From Lama glama (taxonomy: Eukaryota): a DNA stretch of 64,000 nt. Location of the stretch: NCBI GenBank assembly GCA_028534125.1, contig CM052817.1, positions 50,904,001-50,968,000 on the forward strand, given 5' to 3'. The position numbers and the translations under genes are program-made. Positions within the stretch are counted from its first letter, which is position 1. Each line of letters begins with the position of its first letter. Below, one piece after another: positions 44,305 to 55,700 of this stretch. The notes below the pieces were generated by a model. It was not told the origin of the DNA. It searched no databases and saw only the letters and a list, made by a program, of their open reading frames with translations.

Positions 44305-44920
44305 CATATCCTGGAATTTTGTTTGTTGAGATGTTTTTGATTACTATCAATCTCCTTACTAGTAATCAGTCTGTTAATATTTTCTGTTTCTTCACGATTC
44401 AGTCTTGGTAGGTTCTGTGTTTCTGGGAATTTATCCATTTCTTCTTCTTTCAGATTGGTTGCCCAATTTATTGGTGTATAATTGTTCATAGCAGTCCCTT
44501 ATAATTCTTTGTATTTCCATTGTGTCAGTTGTAATGTTTTCTTTCATTTGATTTTACTTGAGTTTTCTTTTCTCTTGTTGATGAATCTGCATAAGGTTAG
44601 TCAATTTTGTTTCTTTTCAAAGAACCAGTTCTTAGTTTCGTTGATAGTCTCAGTTGTCTTTTTAGTCTCTGTTTCTGTTCTGAAATAAGTTTTGGCTTAA
44701 TTTGTTCTTCTTTTCCTTGTTCCTTGAGACTTTTCTTGTTTCTTGAGGTAGGCATTTATTGCTCTGATCTTCCCTTGTAGAACTTTTTTTTGCTGCATCC
44801 CATAAGATTTGGTATGGTGTTATTTCATTTGTCTCAAGTATTTTTTTATTTCCCTTTAAGCCGATTTATTCTTCTTTGACCAATTGATTTTTCAATAGCA
44901 TGTTGTTTAATCTCCATATT
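44305..44920 (-). mobile_element. Old L1 ORF2 internal fragment
   Basis: ORF 44304..44489 reads EEMDKFPETQNLPRLNREETENINRLITSKEI. caatagcatgttgtttaatct is the antisense of RLNNMLL. Confidence 0.9.
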
Positions 44921-45509
44921 AATTAATAGAGAGACATATTAACAAGATTTTAAGTGATTTATTTTCTGTTTTCACACATTCCCCTCAATGAACATCCTTT
45001 GAAACATTCTGAATTCTTATTCTCTAGTAAGTCTAATTGCTACTGTTTACCATATTAGAAATTTTCTTATTTATAACTATTTCACTGCATGTAATGCATT
45101 ATTTTTCTCTACCATATTTTTATTCCTTATCTTTATATATATGGTAAGTTTTATCTTCAGATGCAATGGTAAAGTTGTAATGTCAAATGGATTAAATGTT
45201 TTCATAACCCTTGCTTGAGGCCAACTGCTTCATTGGCTGTCAAATTTTTAAATGAATGAAATAACAAAAAATAGTAGTTTTATTATTAATATTTTTGTTT
45301 CTGCATGAGAAGAATTATGTATAAGTATATTTGGGATTTTTAAAAATTTTAAATTGCTACAAAAATCCTAACTTACAATTACTCTGGCTAAAGACCAAGC
45401 ACGTAGTAGAGTAAATATTTGTTAAATGAATACATTGAGAGTTCTTGAGGTTTTTTTTCCCATTTATCAGACAAAAGCAAAAAAAAAAAATTACCCTGTC
45501 TCTAGATAA

Positions 45510-45785
45510 TGAGACTGTGTAAGTAAGTGGATTAAAGCCCACATTCTGGCATTAGTCTATCTGGGTATAAATCTTTTCCTTCATCAATTTCTTTAGGGGC
45601 ATGTGCCATTGGGCACATGTCATTGAACATGTTACTAAGTTTTATATACTTGTTTTCTCTTAGAAAAAAAATACAGATAATAATAGTTCCTCACAGCTTA
45701 TTAGTATTTTAAATATGTTAAATAATTAACTTTCCTAAGTACAGTGCCTAAGACATAGTAGTCACTACATAATTGTCTGCTGTTC
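45510..45785 (+). mobile_element. MIR SINE, degenerate
   Basis: gataataatagttcctcacag...agtacagtgcctaagacatagta. Confidence 0.6.
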
Positions 45786-47895
45786 ATTTGACTTCTCAGA
45801 AAATAGTTACTTCAGAAACTAACAGATCTCACAGTAGTAACAGCAGTGAAAATATTTCCAAAATAATCAAATTTTACTTTTCACATTTAAGTATGCCAGT
45901 TGTAATGAAGAGTCCACCCCTTACCTTTTCTGCACATTGGGAAACCTAAGAAAAAGCTTCTGTGTTACCCTCTTTGGTGTGGATAGGAGATTCAAACCAT
46001 ACAAAACCCTGGCTGAGAGCAGAAATGCTAACTGTGGGCACATGGCCTAAGCGCAATAAAAAACCCCAAGTGTAGTCTCCTTATACCACTTTCTCAAGTA
46101 ATACTCACCTCAGCTTGAGAGGCTCACTCCTTCTCTCCCCAGAAAACCCTTGTTATGTAAATAATACACCTTTTGGTACTTTCTTGCTGTATATGTGTGC
46201 ATATGGCATTTTGAATCTCAACATCTGGAGCAAATTTGGGAAGGGCCTCCATCCTGCCTCTGCAGGGTAGCCAAACCACATACGGATAGAGGGTATTATC
46301 ATTATTCTGTAAAAATTACAGAAATAAAGATTACCTAACAACTCTCAATGTATAGACAGAATGGTAAATATGTTATCCTTTTTATCAGCAGCATTTTCCC
46401 CAGAATTTATTTTTCTACCTATTTTTGGTTCAGACTTCTCTTGCTAGCATGCTCTTTAAAAAAAAAAATCCAAATTTTCTGATCAATGTTTATTTTCTTT
46501 TTCTTGAACAATTCCTTTACACCTCTTCAAGAGAACGCTGCTTCTGTTCTCTTGAAACGCAACAGTGTTATGCATCCTTTCAGGCAGTTAGAGATAATAC
46601 TCCACAAAGAGTTGAACATTAAAGAAACATTTATTCTTGATTTTCTGTGACACACTTGCACTATTAAATTTCTATAATAAATTAGAATTTTAAATAAATT
46701 CTATACTTCTCAATCATGTTCAATTTATGTCATAATTACTTGTGATCAAATAGGTTGCAGTTAGACTTTCATATATTACCAGCCATGTTTAATACATTTT
46801 CCTCAGCACCTATTTGTTGTTTTGCGCCATTAAATTTCACTTAGCAATTTGATTCCGTCTGACGTGCAATGAATGAGGAAACTGAATGTTTAAGTAATTG
46901 CCAATAAGATGTTAACATGGATCTGGATATAGTTTTAGAAGATATGTTTCAGCTGTAGCTAAGTCTACATAATTCTGCCAGTCAGAATATTATGTGACAA
47001 AAGTGTTCATTTGTTCTAATTTTCTAGGGAGAGAAATGCATAACTGTTATTGCCATGGGCTATAGCAGTCTCTATTGTACCTTATCACTTAATTCCTAAG
47101 AAAGCTAAGAGCATAGTAATAATTTAATGGGAAAACTAAAGCCTTAAGTATTTATTTTTGTCTTTGATCCTTAACATATAAATATAACATGAAATGATCT
47201 AGCAACTGATATAAAGCTTAGAGAGTTTGAATGGAACAAATTGAAATGATACAAAACACTACACACACATAGAAAAATGAAGCAGCCACTCTGAACATGG
47301 AAGACTGAGTATGTATATCAGGTAGAATATATTCAGAAATTTTGTTACACATGTGTTATAATAAACACCTCAGTCTATATGCATTGACACTGGGACCCAC
47401 AACCACTGTTCTATTACTTGAAATGGGGAATGTGCAAACTGCTTATTATTTGAGATAAATGACTTTTTTTTTTCACTTTACTCTGCGAGTGAGGACCTTG
47501 TATGTTTCTTTTCACTCATCATTTCCATCACTGTATTCATAATAAATTGTATCTTGGAGAACAAAATGAAGTAGGTAGAATTGGAAAAAAAAATTGTCTG
47601 GAGAATTGACCAGACCTTAGCAGGAGCCTATAAAATTATGTTAGCTTTGTATTTGTACATTTATGAAAGGCAACAGTACAAAGGAAAAGATGCTAGGAGG
47701 AAGAGGAAAGAAAAAAAGTAGATTTAGAAGTTAGGAAAGCTTAAATGATCCAGCAAGAATAATGTGTGAAAATGTTGAAAGTCCGATTGAGACTGGAAGC
47801 ATTGATCAAAAATTAAAGCAAGAAGCTTGTACCACATGGGAAATGAAATATAAGCAAGTATTTTAGCCAGCCACAACAAGAGGCATAACTTACAC

Positions 47896-48221
47896 CAGAG
47901 ATCAGCAAGCTATGACCCACAATTCAAAGTGGACCATTGCTTATGGCCAGCAAGTTACAGTGGTTTTTACATCTTTAAATGGTTGGAAACAATGAAACAA
48001 AGAAGTCTACTTCATGATATGTGAACATAATGAGGTTTAAATTTCCAGGTCCATAAAAGTAATATTTTATTGGGAAACACCCCTACTCACTTGTTTATGT
48101 ATCATGTAGAGCTGTTTTTACACTCTAAGAACAGATTTGAGTAGTTGCTCCCAAGACAATATGGCCCACAAAGCCTGAAGTATGTACTCTGGCCCTTTAA
48201 GAAAACATTTGCTGACATCTG
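47896..48221. mobile_element. hAT-Charlie MITE (MER58B-like)
   Basis: TIRs cagagatcagcaa and ttgctgacatctg. Internal tggtttttacatctttaaatggttgg and atatggcccacaaagcctgaa. Confidence 0.85.
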
Positions 48222-50087
48222 TCCTAAGCCAGTGATGCCAAAGTGAGAGTATTTATGTTTAGTTCTCCCACTACAAGATGCTAGACTTAGCAAGGTGGCT
48301 GTCAGCTACCATGTGACTTCTGGCTAGAGTGAAATTAGAGAGCAAGGCGATTTCAGACATACGGTTCTTTTGTTTCTAAGATATTAAAATTCCACATCAT
48401 ATTTTTTCTAAAGACTTTTTCCTTGTTTAAAGAGTCCTAAATATGAAAAAAAAATCAATTCCATTATGTAAAATCACAATAATATCATCACAATTGAGAA
48501 AATGAATGTCTTAATATTTTAGTGGGTTATAACTTTTTTGATTTTCCTCATCAACTAAGACTCGCATTAAAAATAACAGAGCTTTCATATGTTTCTAAAA
48601 GAGTCAAAGAAAATATACCTGAGAAACTCTTTACTTCTTGACTGTGATTGATGTAAAGGTGAATTATGGTTTGAGTATCTCCTCTAAGATGGATAAGACA
48701 TCCAGTTTCTAAGAACTGGTTACTCTTTGAAAGTATTTTAAATCTCATAGAACAATAAGGAAAAACTGTAAAAGAAGTTCCAGAAAGGTTTTTGTTTAGC
48801 AGGCTTCGGTCCTATGCAGTTTAGCTGTGCATGATTTCCCCACAGCCTTTGCAGAAATGTTATTAACTTCAGAAAATTGTTTCTCCTCCTGCATGTTGAA
48901 AGAAAAAGCAATTTGAAATGTTTATTTTATGTTTGAAGTTTCTATTCATAAAGAAAAGGCAAAAATACTATTGTTGACTTCAATTTGTGGCTCAAACCAC
49001 CAAAAGTGCACATTCATGCAATGATTTACTATAGTTTGGGTCTGATAAATAAAAGTAATCTCACTTTTTTTCATTCATAAATACAAATTGATGTAAAAGT
49101 TACTTTGCATTTCTGTGAAGAGGAAGGAAGCCACTGTTATTTTCATTTTCACTGTGGTGGATAAAATACCTTATTCCTAGGTAGAGGTCAAGAGAACTAT
49201 TACACCCTAATAGAATGTAGTAGAATTGAGATCTTGCTCATTCATGTTAAATGAACTGAGACCCATTGCTAATTACTAACTTTTGTGTACTGATACATAA
49301 ACAAAGAAACTCTGCAATAAAGAAATGGTCGCAGTATTCTGCAAATGTCCTTTTAAGCACAGCTCTATGGATGGCAGGCTTGAATGGGTAACTGGATATG
49401 GTAAAACGGCTTATTATGCACTTTAATATGGTTTATTGGCTAATCAAGTTACATGCAGCTATAGAAACTATTGACTATCTCCCTTTGGTAAACTGCAAGG
49501 CCAAACACTTTCAATAAGGTAGTAAGTGTACATTTCTACATAAGATTTCTATTGCCTCAGGAACTGTACTTCCTTTGTAATGGCTCACACTCCACTGACC
49601 TGATTAAACTTCTAATTATACTGTATTGAATGTTTCTCTATAATGCTCACACACAAACAGAATCACACCCTTCTATGACTGTAGTTATTGGGATTGAAAA
49701 AGAGGAAAAACTTGAGAAACTCACCTTTTTCCCCCCAGAATTTATATTAACACAGCTAGATGTAATTTACTATAAAAACAAATAAAATAGAATTTAATGT
49801 GAGATATATGTATCTCAAGGCAAAGGAAAGTTTTCTTATACTGTTACCATACAACCTTCATAAATTTAAGGACCTTATATTATATCATGTTGGAACCACA
49901 GCAATGAGAAAAGTCAGATTTTACTCTTTGGCTCTGCTTTAGATTGGTTACCATCTTAATTATTTTGTTAGTACCAATCATGTGTGATAAAAATTGCTAA
50001 ACATTTGACTGAAATAGATTTTAAAATTCATCTAAGTGATATAGATAATTGTCACCAATATTTCTAAAGCACTGATTCAAAAGACAT

Positions 50088-51062
50088 TAACAAAGTCAAG
50101 GATAAAAAATACATGATCATCTCAAAAGATTCAGACAAAGCATATGACAAAATTCAACATACATTTATGATAAAAAACTCTCAACAAAGTGGGTATAGGG
50201 GGAGTGTACTTCAATATAATAAAGGGCATATGTGTCAAAATCTAAAACTAACATCATCTCAGTAGCCAAAACTGAAAGCTTTTCCTCTAAGATCAGGAAA
50301 AAGACAAGAATGCTGTTCAAGGGCATATGTGTCAAAATCTAAAACTAACATCATCTCAGTAGCCAAAACTGAAAGCTTTTCCTCTAAGATCAGGAAAAAG
50401 ACAAGAATGCTGTTCACAAATAAATGCAAAGATATCCTGTGCTCGTATATTGGAAGAATTAATACACTTAAAATGTTCCTACTACACACAGTAATCTACA
50501 TACTCAGTGTAATCCCTATCAAAATTCCAATGGCATTTTTCTCAGAAGTAGGACAAACAATCATAAAATGTATACAAAACCACAAAAGACTCTGAATAGC
50601 CAAAGAAAGTTTCAGGAAAAATTAAAAAAAAAAAAAAGTTGGAGGCCTCATGTACCTTGATTTTAAACCAGTTTATAAATGTACATTAATCAAAATAGTA
50701 TGGTATGGTCATAATAACATTAAAAAGGATCCATGGAACAAATAGGGAACCCAGAAATAAACCACACATATGTGGTAAATTAATTTACAATAAAAGAGCC
50801 AAGAATACACAATGGAGAAAGGATGGTCTCTTTAATAAATGGTGCTGGGAAAACTGGACAGCCATATGGATCACTATTTCACACCATAAACAAAACCTCA
50901 AAATGCACTGAAGATTTGAACATAAGATCTGAAACCAGGAAACTTCTAGAAGAAAATATACATGAGCACTTCTTGACATTGGTCTTGGTAATGAGTTTTT
51001 TTTTTTTTTTATAGATTTGACACATAAAGCAAAGGCAACAAAAGCAAATAAGTGGGACTACA
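50088..51062 (+). mobile_element. Older L1 ORF2 fragment with an internal deletion and a 97-bp tandem duplication
   Basis: catgatcatctcaa...aaaattcaacat (RT region); peptides IPIKIPMAFFSE and [13 protein letters not shown]; breaks off at aagtgggactaca. Confidence 0.92.
50222..50415. repeat. Perfect 2 x 97-bp tandem duplication
   Basis: 50222-50318 is identical to 50319-50415. Confidence 0.97.
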
Positions 51063-51069
51063 ATGAAAA

Positions 51070-51200
51070 AAGAAATCTACATGTATGGTGATGAATACTA
51101 CCTAAACTGTGATGATCATTTCACAATATATACAAATATTGAATCATTATGTTGTTCTTATGAAATAAAACATAATTTTGTATTTCAAATATATCTTAAT
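51070..51200 (+). mobile_element. L1 extreme 3'-end fragment (L1MA9-like)
   Basis: tggtgatga...tgatcatttcacaatatatacaaatattgaatcattatgttg is homologous to 52671-52786. Confidence 0.8.
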
Positions 51201-52790
51201 GATAAGAAATGAAATCCTGCCATGTCAACAACATAGATGGACCTTGAAGCTTGAGGGTATTATGCTAAGTAAAATAAATCAGAGAAAGACAAACACCATA
51301 TGATCCCACTTATAAATGAACTCTAAAAAAAAAAGCTCATAGATACTGAGAATAGTTGGATAATTGTTTTGAGGGGGAGAGGGGAGGTAAGTGTGAAGGA
51401 AGTCAAAGGTACAAACTTAATTATAAAATAAGTCACTGGGATGTAACAAAGCATAATAACTATAGCTAATAATACTGTACTGCATTTTTGGAAGTTGCTA
51501 AGAGAGTAAATCTTAAAATGGGACCTAATTAAACTTAAAAGCTTTTGCACAGCAAAGGAAACCATAAGCAAAACAAAAAGACACCTACAGAATGGGAGAA
51601 AATATTTGCAAAGTATGAGACTGACAAGGGCTTAATTTCCAGAATATATAAACAGCTCCATACAACTTAATAAGAAAAAAAAATCAAACAACCCAATCCA
51701 CAAATGGGCAGAAGACCTAAACAAACAATTCTCTACTGAAGACTTACAAATGGTCAATAGGCACATGTAAAAAATGCTCAATATTGCTAATTATCAGAGA
51801 AATGCAAATCAAAACTACCATGAGACATCACCTCACACCAGAGTGGCCATCATTCAGAAGTCCTCAAACAATAAAAGGAGAGGGTGTGGGGAAAAGGGAG
51901 CCCTCCTACACTGTTGGTGGGAATGTACTCTGGTGCAGCCATTATGGAAAACAGTACGGAGATCCTCAAAAGATTAAAGATAGATTTACCATATAATCCA
52001 GCAATCCCACTCTTGGGTATATATCTGGACGGAACCTTAATTCAAAAAGACACCTGCACCCCAATGTTCACAGCACCACTATTTACAATAGCCAAGAGAT
52101 GGAAACAACCTAAATGTCCATCAACAGATGACTGGATGAAGAAGCTGTGGTATATTTATACAATGGAATACTACTCAACCATAAAAAATAATAAAATAAT
52201 GCCATTTGCAGCAACATGGATGGACCTGGAGAATGTCATTCTGAGTGAAGTAAGCCAGAAAGAGAAAGAAAAATACCATATGATAGCACTTATATGTGGA
52301 ATTTAAAAAAAGGACAAATATATTTATGAAACAGAAACAGACTCACAGACATAGAAAACAAACTTATGGTTACCAGCGGGGGAAGGGGGGTAGCAAGGGA
52401 TAAATTGGGTCTTCTAGATTTGCAGATACTAACTACTATATATAAAATAGATAAGCAACAAGTTTATACTGTATAGTACAGGGAACTATATTCAATATCT
52501 TGTAGTAACTTATGGTGAAAAAGAATAAGAAAACAAATAAATGTATGTTCCTATATGACTGAAGTACTGTGCTATACACCAGAAATTGATACATTATAAA
52601 CTGACTATACTTCAATAAAAAATATATTTTAAAAAGTCCTCATCATAAAAAATACTATTGTAACTATGTTTGGTGATAGATGTTAACTAGACTTATTGTG
52701 GTGATTATTTCACAATATATACAAATATCAAATCACTGTTGTATACATAAAGCAATATATGTTGTATGTCAGTTATACCTCAGTAAGAAA
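51201..52790 (+). mobile_element. Older L1 ORF2 end and 3' UTR (L1MA9-like), split by a nested younger L1
   Basis: 51201-51518 ends ...gttgctaagagagtaaatcttaaaa, and the element resumes at about 52636 with gtcctcatcataaaaaat...tgttaactagacttattgtggtga. Confidence 0.85.
51516..52635 (+). mobile_element. Younger 5'-truncated L1 (about 1.1 kb) nested in the older L1
   Basis: ORF 51884..52306 includes the ORF2 C-terminus (LPYNPAIPLLGIY...KEKYHMIALICGI). Full 3' UTR with aataaa at about 52614. Confidence 0.95.
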
Positions 52791-55700
52791 ATCACTGAAG
52801 ACTAAATCCCTGTAGTCATAGGGCCTAGTATATAATTAAAGGGGAAACATTTTCTAGAACCCATGAGAAAATTAATCAAAATATTAGGAAATGGATTGAC
52901 TATGTTGAATTCTTTATAAAAGCTCTAACTATTCATATTGCAGATGAATAACTAAAGATAGCTATAAATCAATGTTGCTATGTGGATATAAAGATAAATT
53001 CTCATAAGGTAGAATGTAGCTGTATATATATATATATATAAATGTATAAATATTTATTAATACTTTTAGCTGACCTGTTTTTATAACTGGACTTCATTAT
53101 CCTCCATAGTATATAACACATGACCCATTTCTAATACATGTAATTGTGAAAGAACAAATCTGATATTGCAGTAGATTTAAAATACCTGGGTTTGAATCTC
53201 AGCTATTCCACATTCAATTAACTAACTTTATAAATTTTGAGATGAATGATTAAGCCATTATGATGAGTTACTATTAAATATTGTCTAAACAAAATGATAG
53301 TGAATCATTCTTATATTTTCTTGTTTTTATTTGGGTAATTTGTATTTTTTTGGCCTTTGTGATTTCCATAGTTATTTTTTATGACTTCTTGGTATGTAAA
53401 ATATGTTCCTGTGACCATATCTACTTTTTTTTGCCTATTTACTACAACTACAAATATGAATATGGGAATTATTCCTTGTTTAAAAACACATTTTATAAAA
53501 TATAATTTCATTATTACAAGTTAATTTTTATATCATTATGAAATATGTCAATTCTATACTTTTTAATTTTGAATTTTAAAAATAAAAAAAGATACCCTAA
53601 AAGAACTTGAAAGGTATACCCAAGTCAATATTAGGCTAAATTAATTTTCTAAACTTTTTAGGCCTAAAAGTTTTATTACTTTTTTCAGATTATAAATTTT
53701 ATATTCCTCAGTTAAATGGCTTAGATATACTATACTACATAATGTGGCAAGGAGCAAGAAAAAATGAGCTGTAGTTACCTTTTCTAGTAACAAACAAAGA
53801 TACCATTTTGGATGTTTTCTCACAGTATTATTTTCTATTATTTTTCTCTTCGTGTAAAATATTTTTTTCCAAAATAAGCTTGAAGTTTTTGTTTCCATAT
53901 AGACACTATGTTCATAAAATCAAAAGCTATATTAAAAAAACAACTATTTTAAATACTGAATGTAGGATATCTTAAACCAGAAATATATATAAAGCAAAAG
54001 TAAACGTAAGAAGATGGTAAAAGATTATACATGAAAACATCTGTAAACATTTTACCCTTACTGTTCTGAAATTCTGTTTATTCCCCTAAGAACACTTGCA
54101 GATGCATACAAATGTAATCAGTCACTATGATCCATCTTTCAGCTAAGCTCTGCACTCCTTGGTGCATCAACAGTTCATGCCAGAAAAAGCTATCAGCCTC
54201 AGTTTCTTCATAACTGCTTAAACTGTGTGAGAGTCAGTGGCAATTTAGTTTTTCATACTGAGCGTACCCAGAAAGTAGCCCAAATTCTCAACCTTCAGAA
54301 ATATGCTTTCCCTTATTCTGATTTTGAAGTTATTTACATGATTCCTATCATTCAAAGAATAGTTTATCTGTTGTTTCTGTTCTCAAAAAAAAAAAAAAAA
54401 GCACTCCAAAATACTTCAGGAATAGTACCACAGGAATGTGAGCCAGAGTACTGCAACTCTTTGTTAGAAACAGTCGTCAGACTTAAGAGTATTACAGTGA
54501 ATATGTGATGTATAAATAGTGGCCAGATGCAGACCACAATGAGCAGATCTACTTTACTAAGCATAATTTAAGCCAACTCTTTTGGGATTAGAAGAGTAAG
54601 CCCAGACACAAAAAACCAAACAGCCAGATAATCCTCCCTTGGTCACAAGTTTATAAAGCAGTTATCATTATCATTTCCTGTTGTTTAGTCTGGATAGATT
54701 GCAAGTTGTATTAATCTCTCCAGCGTTTTGTAAGTTTATCAGTGTTTTTTGAATGGAGAATTTTCATTTGTAAAATCTTTCTGTACACTGTGAACTTGCC
54801 TCTGTGATGATAACGTCCAGTTCCACTGGGTTATTTTCCCAAAATGTATATACTGAATTCTTTGGCAAAAAAGGAGATAGATGAAAGGATTTAAATGAAA
54901 CAGATGCCAGGAGTAAGATGATCAGTAAGATAGTAACTCTCCTCCCTGCGTTTCTGACTAGCCTATTTTTTGTCTAATAAAGAACACTGTGTCCTGCTCA
55001 GACCTTCTAGATACAGTAGAATCCCAAGATTTTTTCAGCATTTCTCTCTCTGTGTGTCAGTGTGTGCATAAGAAATTTATCTTCAGACTCTTCAGGATTT
55101 TTTCACCTCTTTCTTAGAGTTGACAGTAGTTGACTATCTTAAATACTATCACTCTAGACAGTGGGGAATAAAATCCCAGTTTTCTCTAGACAGTATCCTT
55201 TATGCCAGTTGTCCTAGTATAATTATTAAAACATCTCATTTCACTTTTGAAGTAGCCTAGTTTGTAAAATAAATTATGAAGTATCTAGGGTTCTAAGCAA
55301 TTAGAGATTGGCCCAGCTTCTCTGAAGTCTCTCATTTGTTAAGAATCAAAGTCATCTTGAAATCTGAGTTAGAAGAGACCCTAAGCAACATCTAATTTAA
55401 CCATATGTCTGATATTTAAATCTCCACTTTATCTTGGTAACATGACAATTTATTAAGAAAACAATATTACTCAGAGACAAAACTTAAAGAATGCAAACAT
55501 TAAATAGATGTTTTTGACAACCAGATAAAACTTGAAAATAAAATCCCTTTATTTTTATATATTTTTGTTATTGCTTGAATGTATAACAAACTTGGAGAAT
55601 TTCCTTTGTTTTTCCAGTATGAGCATTATGCAGCTTATTGGCACTACACTAATACTTGCATAATATATTTGTAAGTGAAGTCATAAAAATGTACCTATTA

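Noticed and set aside
54801..54860. C/D-box snoRNA (GTGATGA...CTGA), faintly like the 5' half of SNORD38 as I recall it
   Set aside because: It is too short, has no terminal stem and no 3' similarity. An Rfam cmscan hit would be needed.
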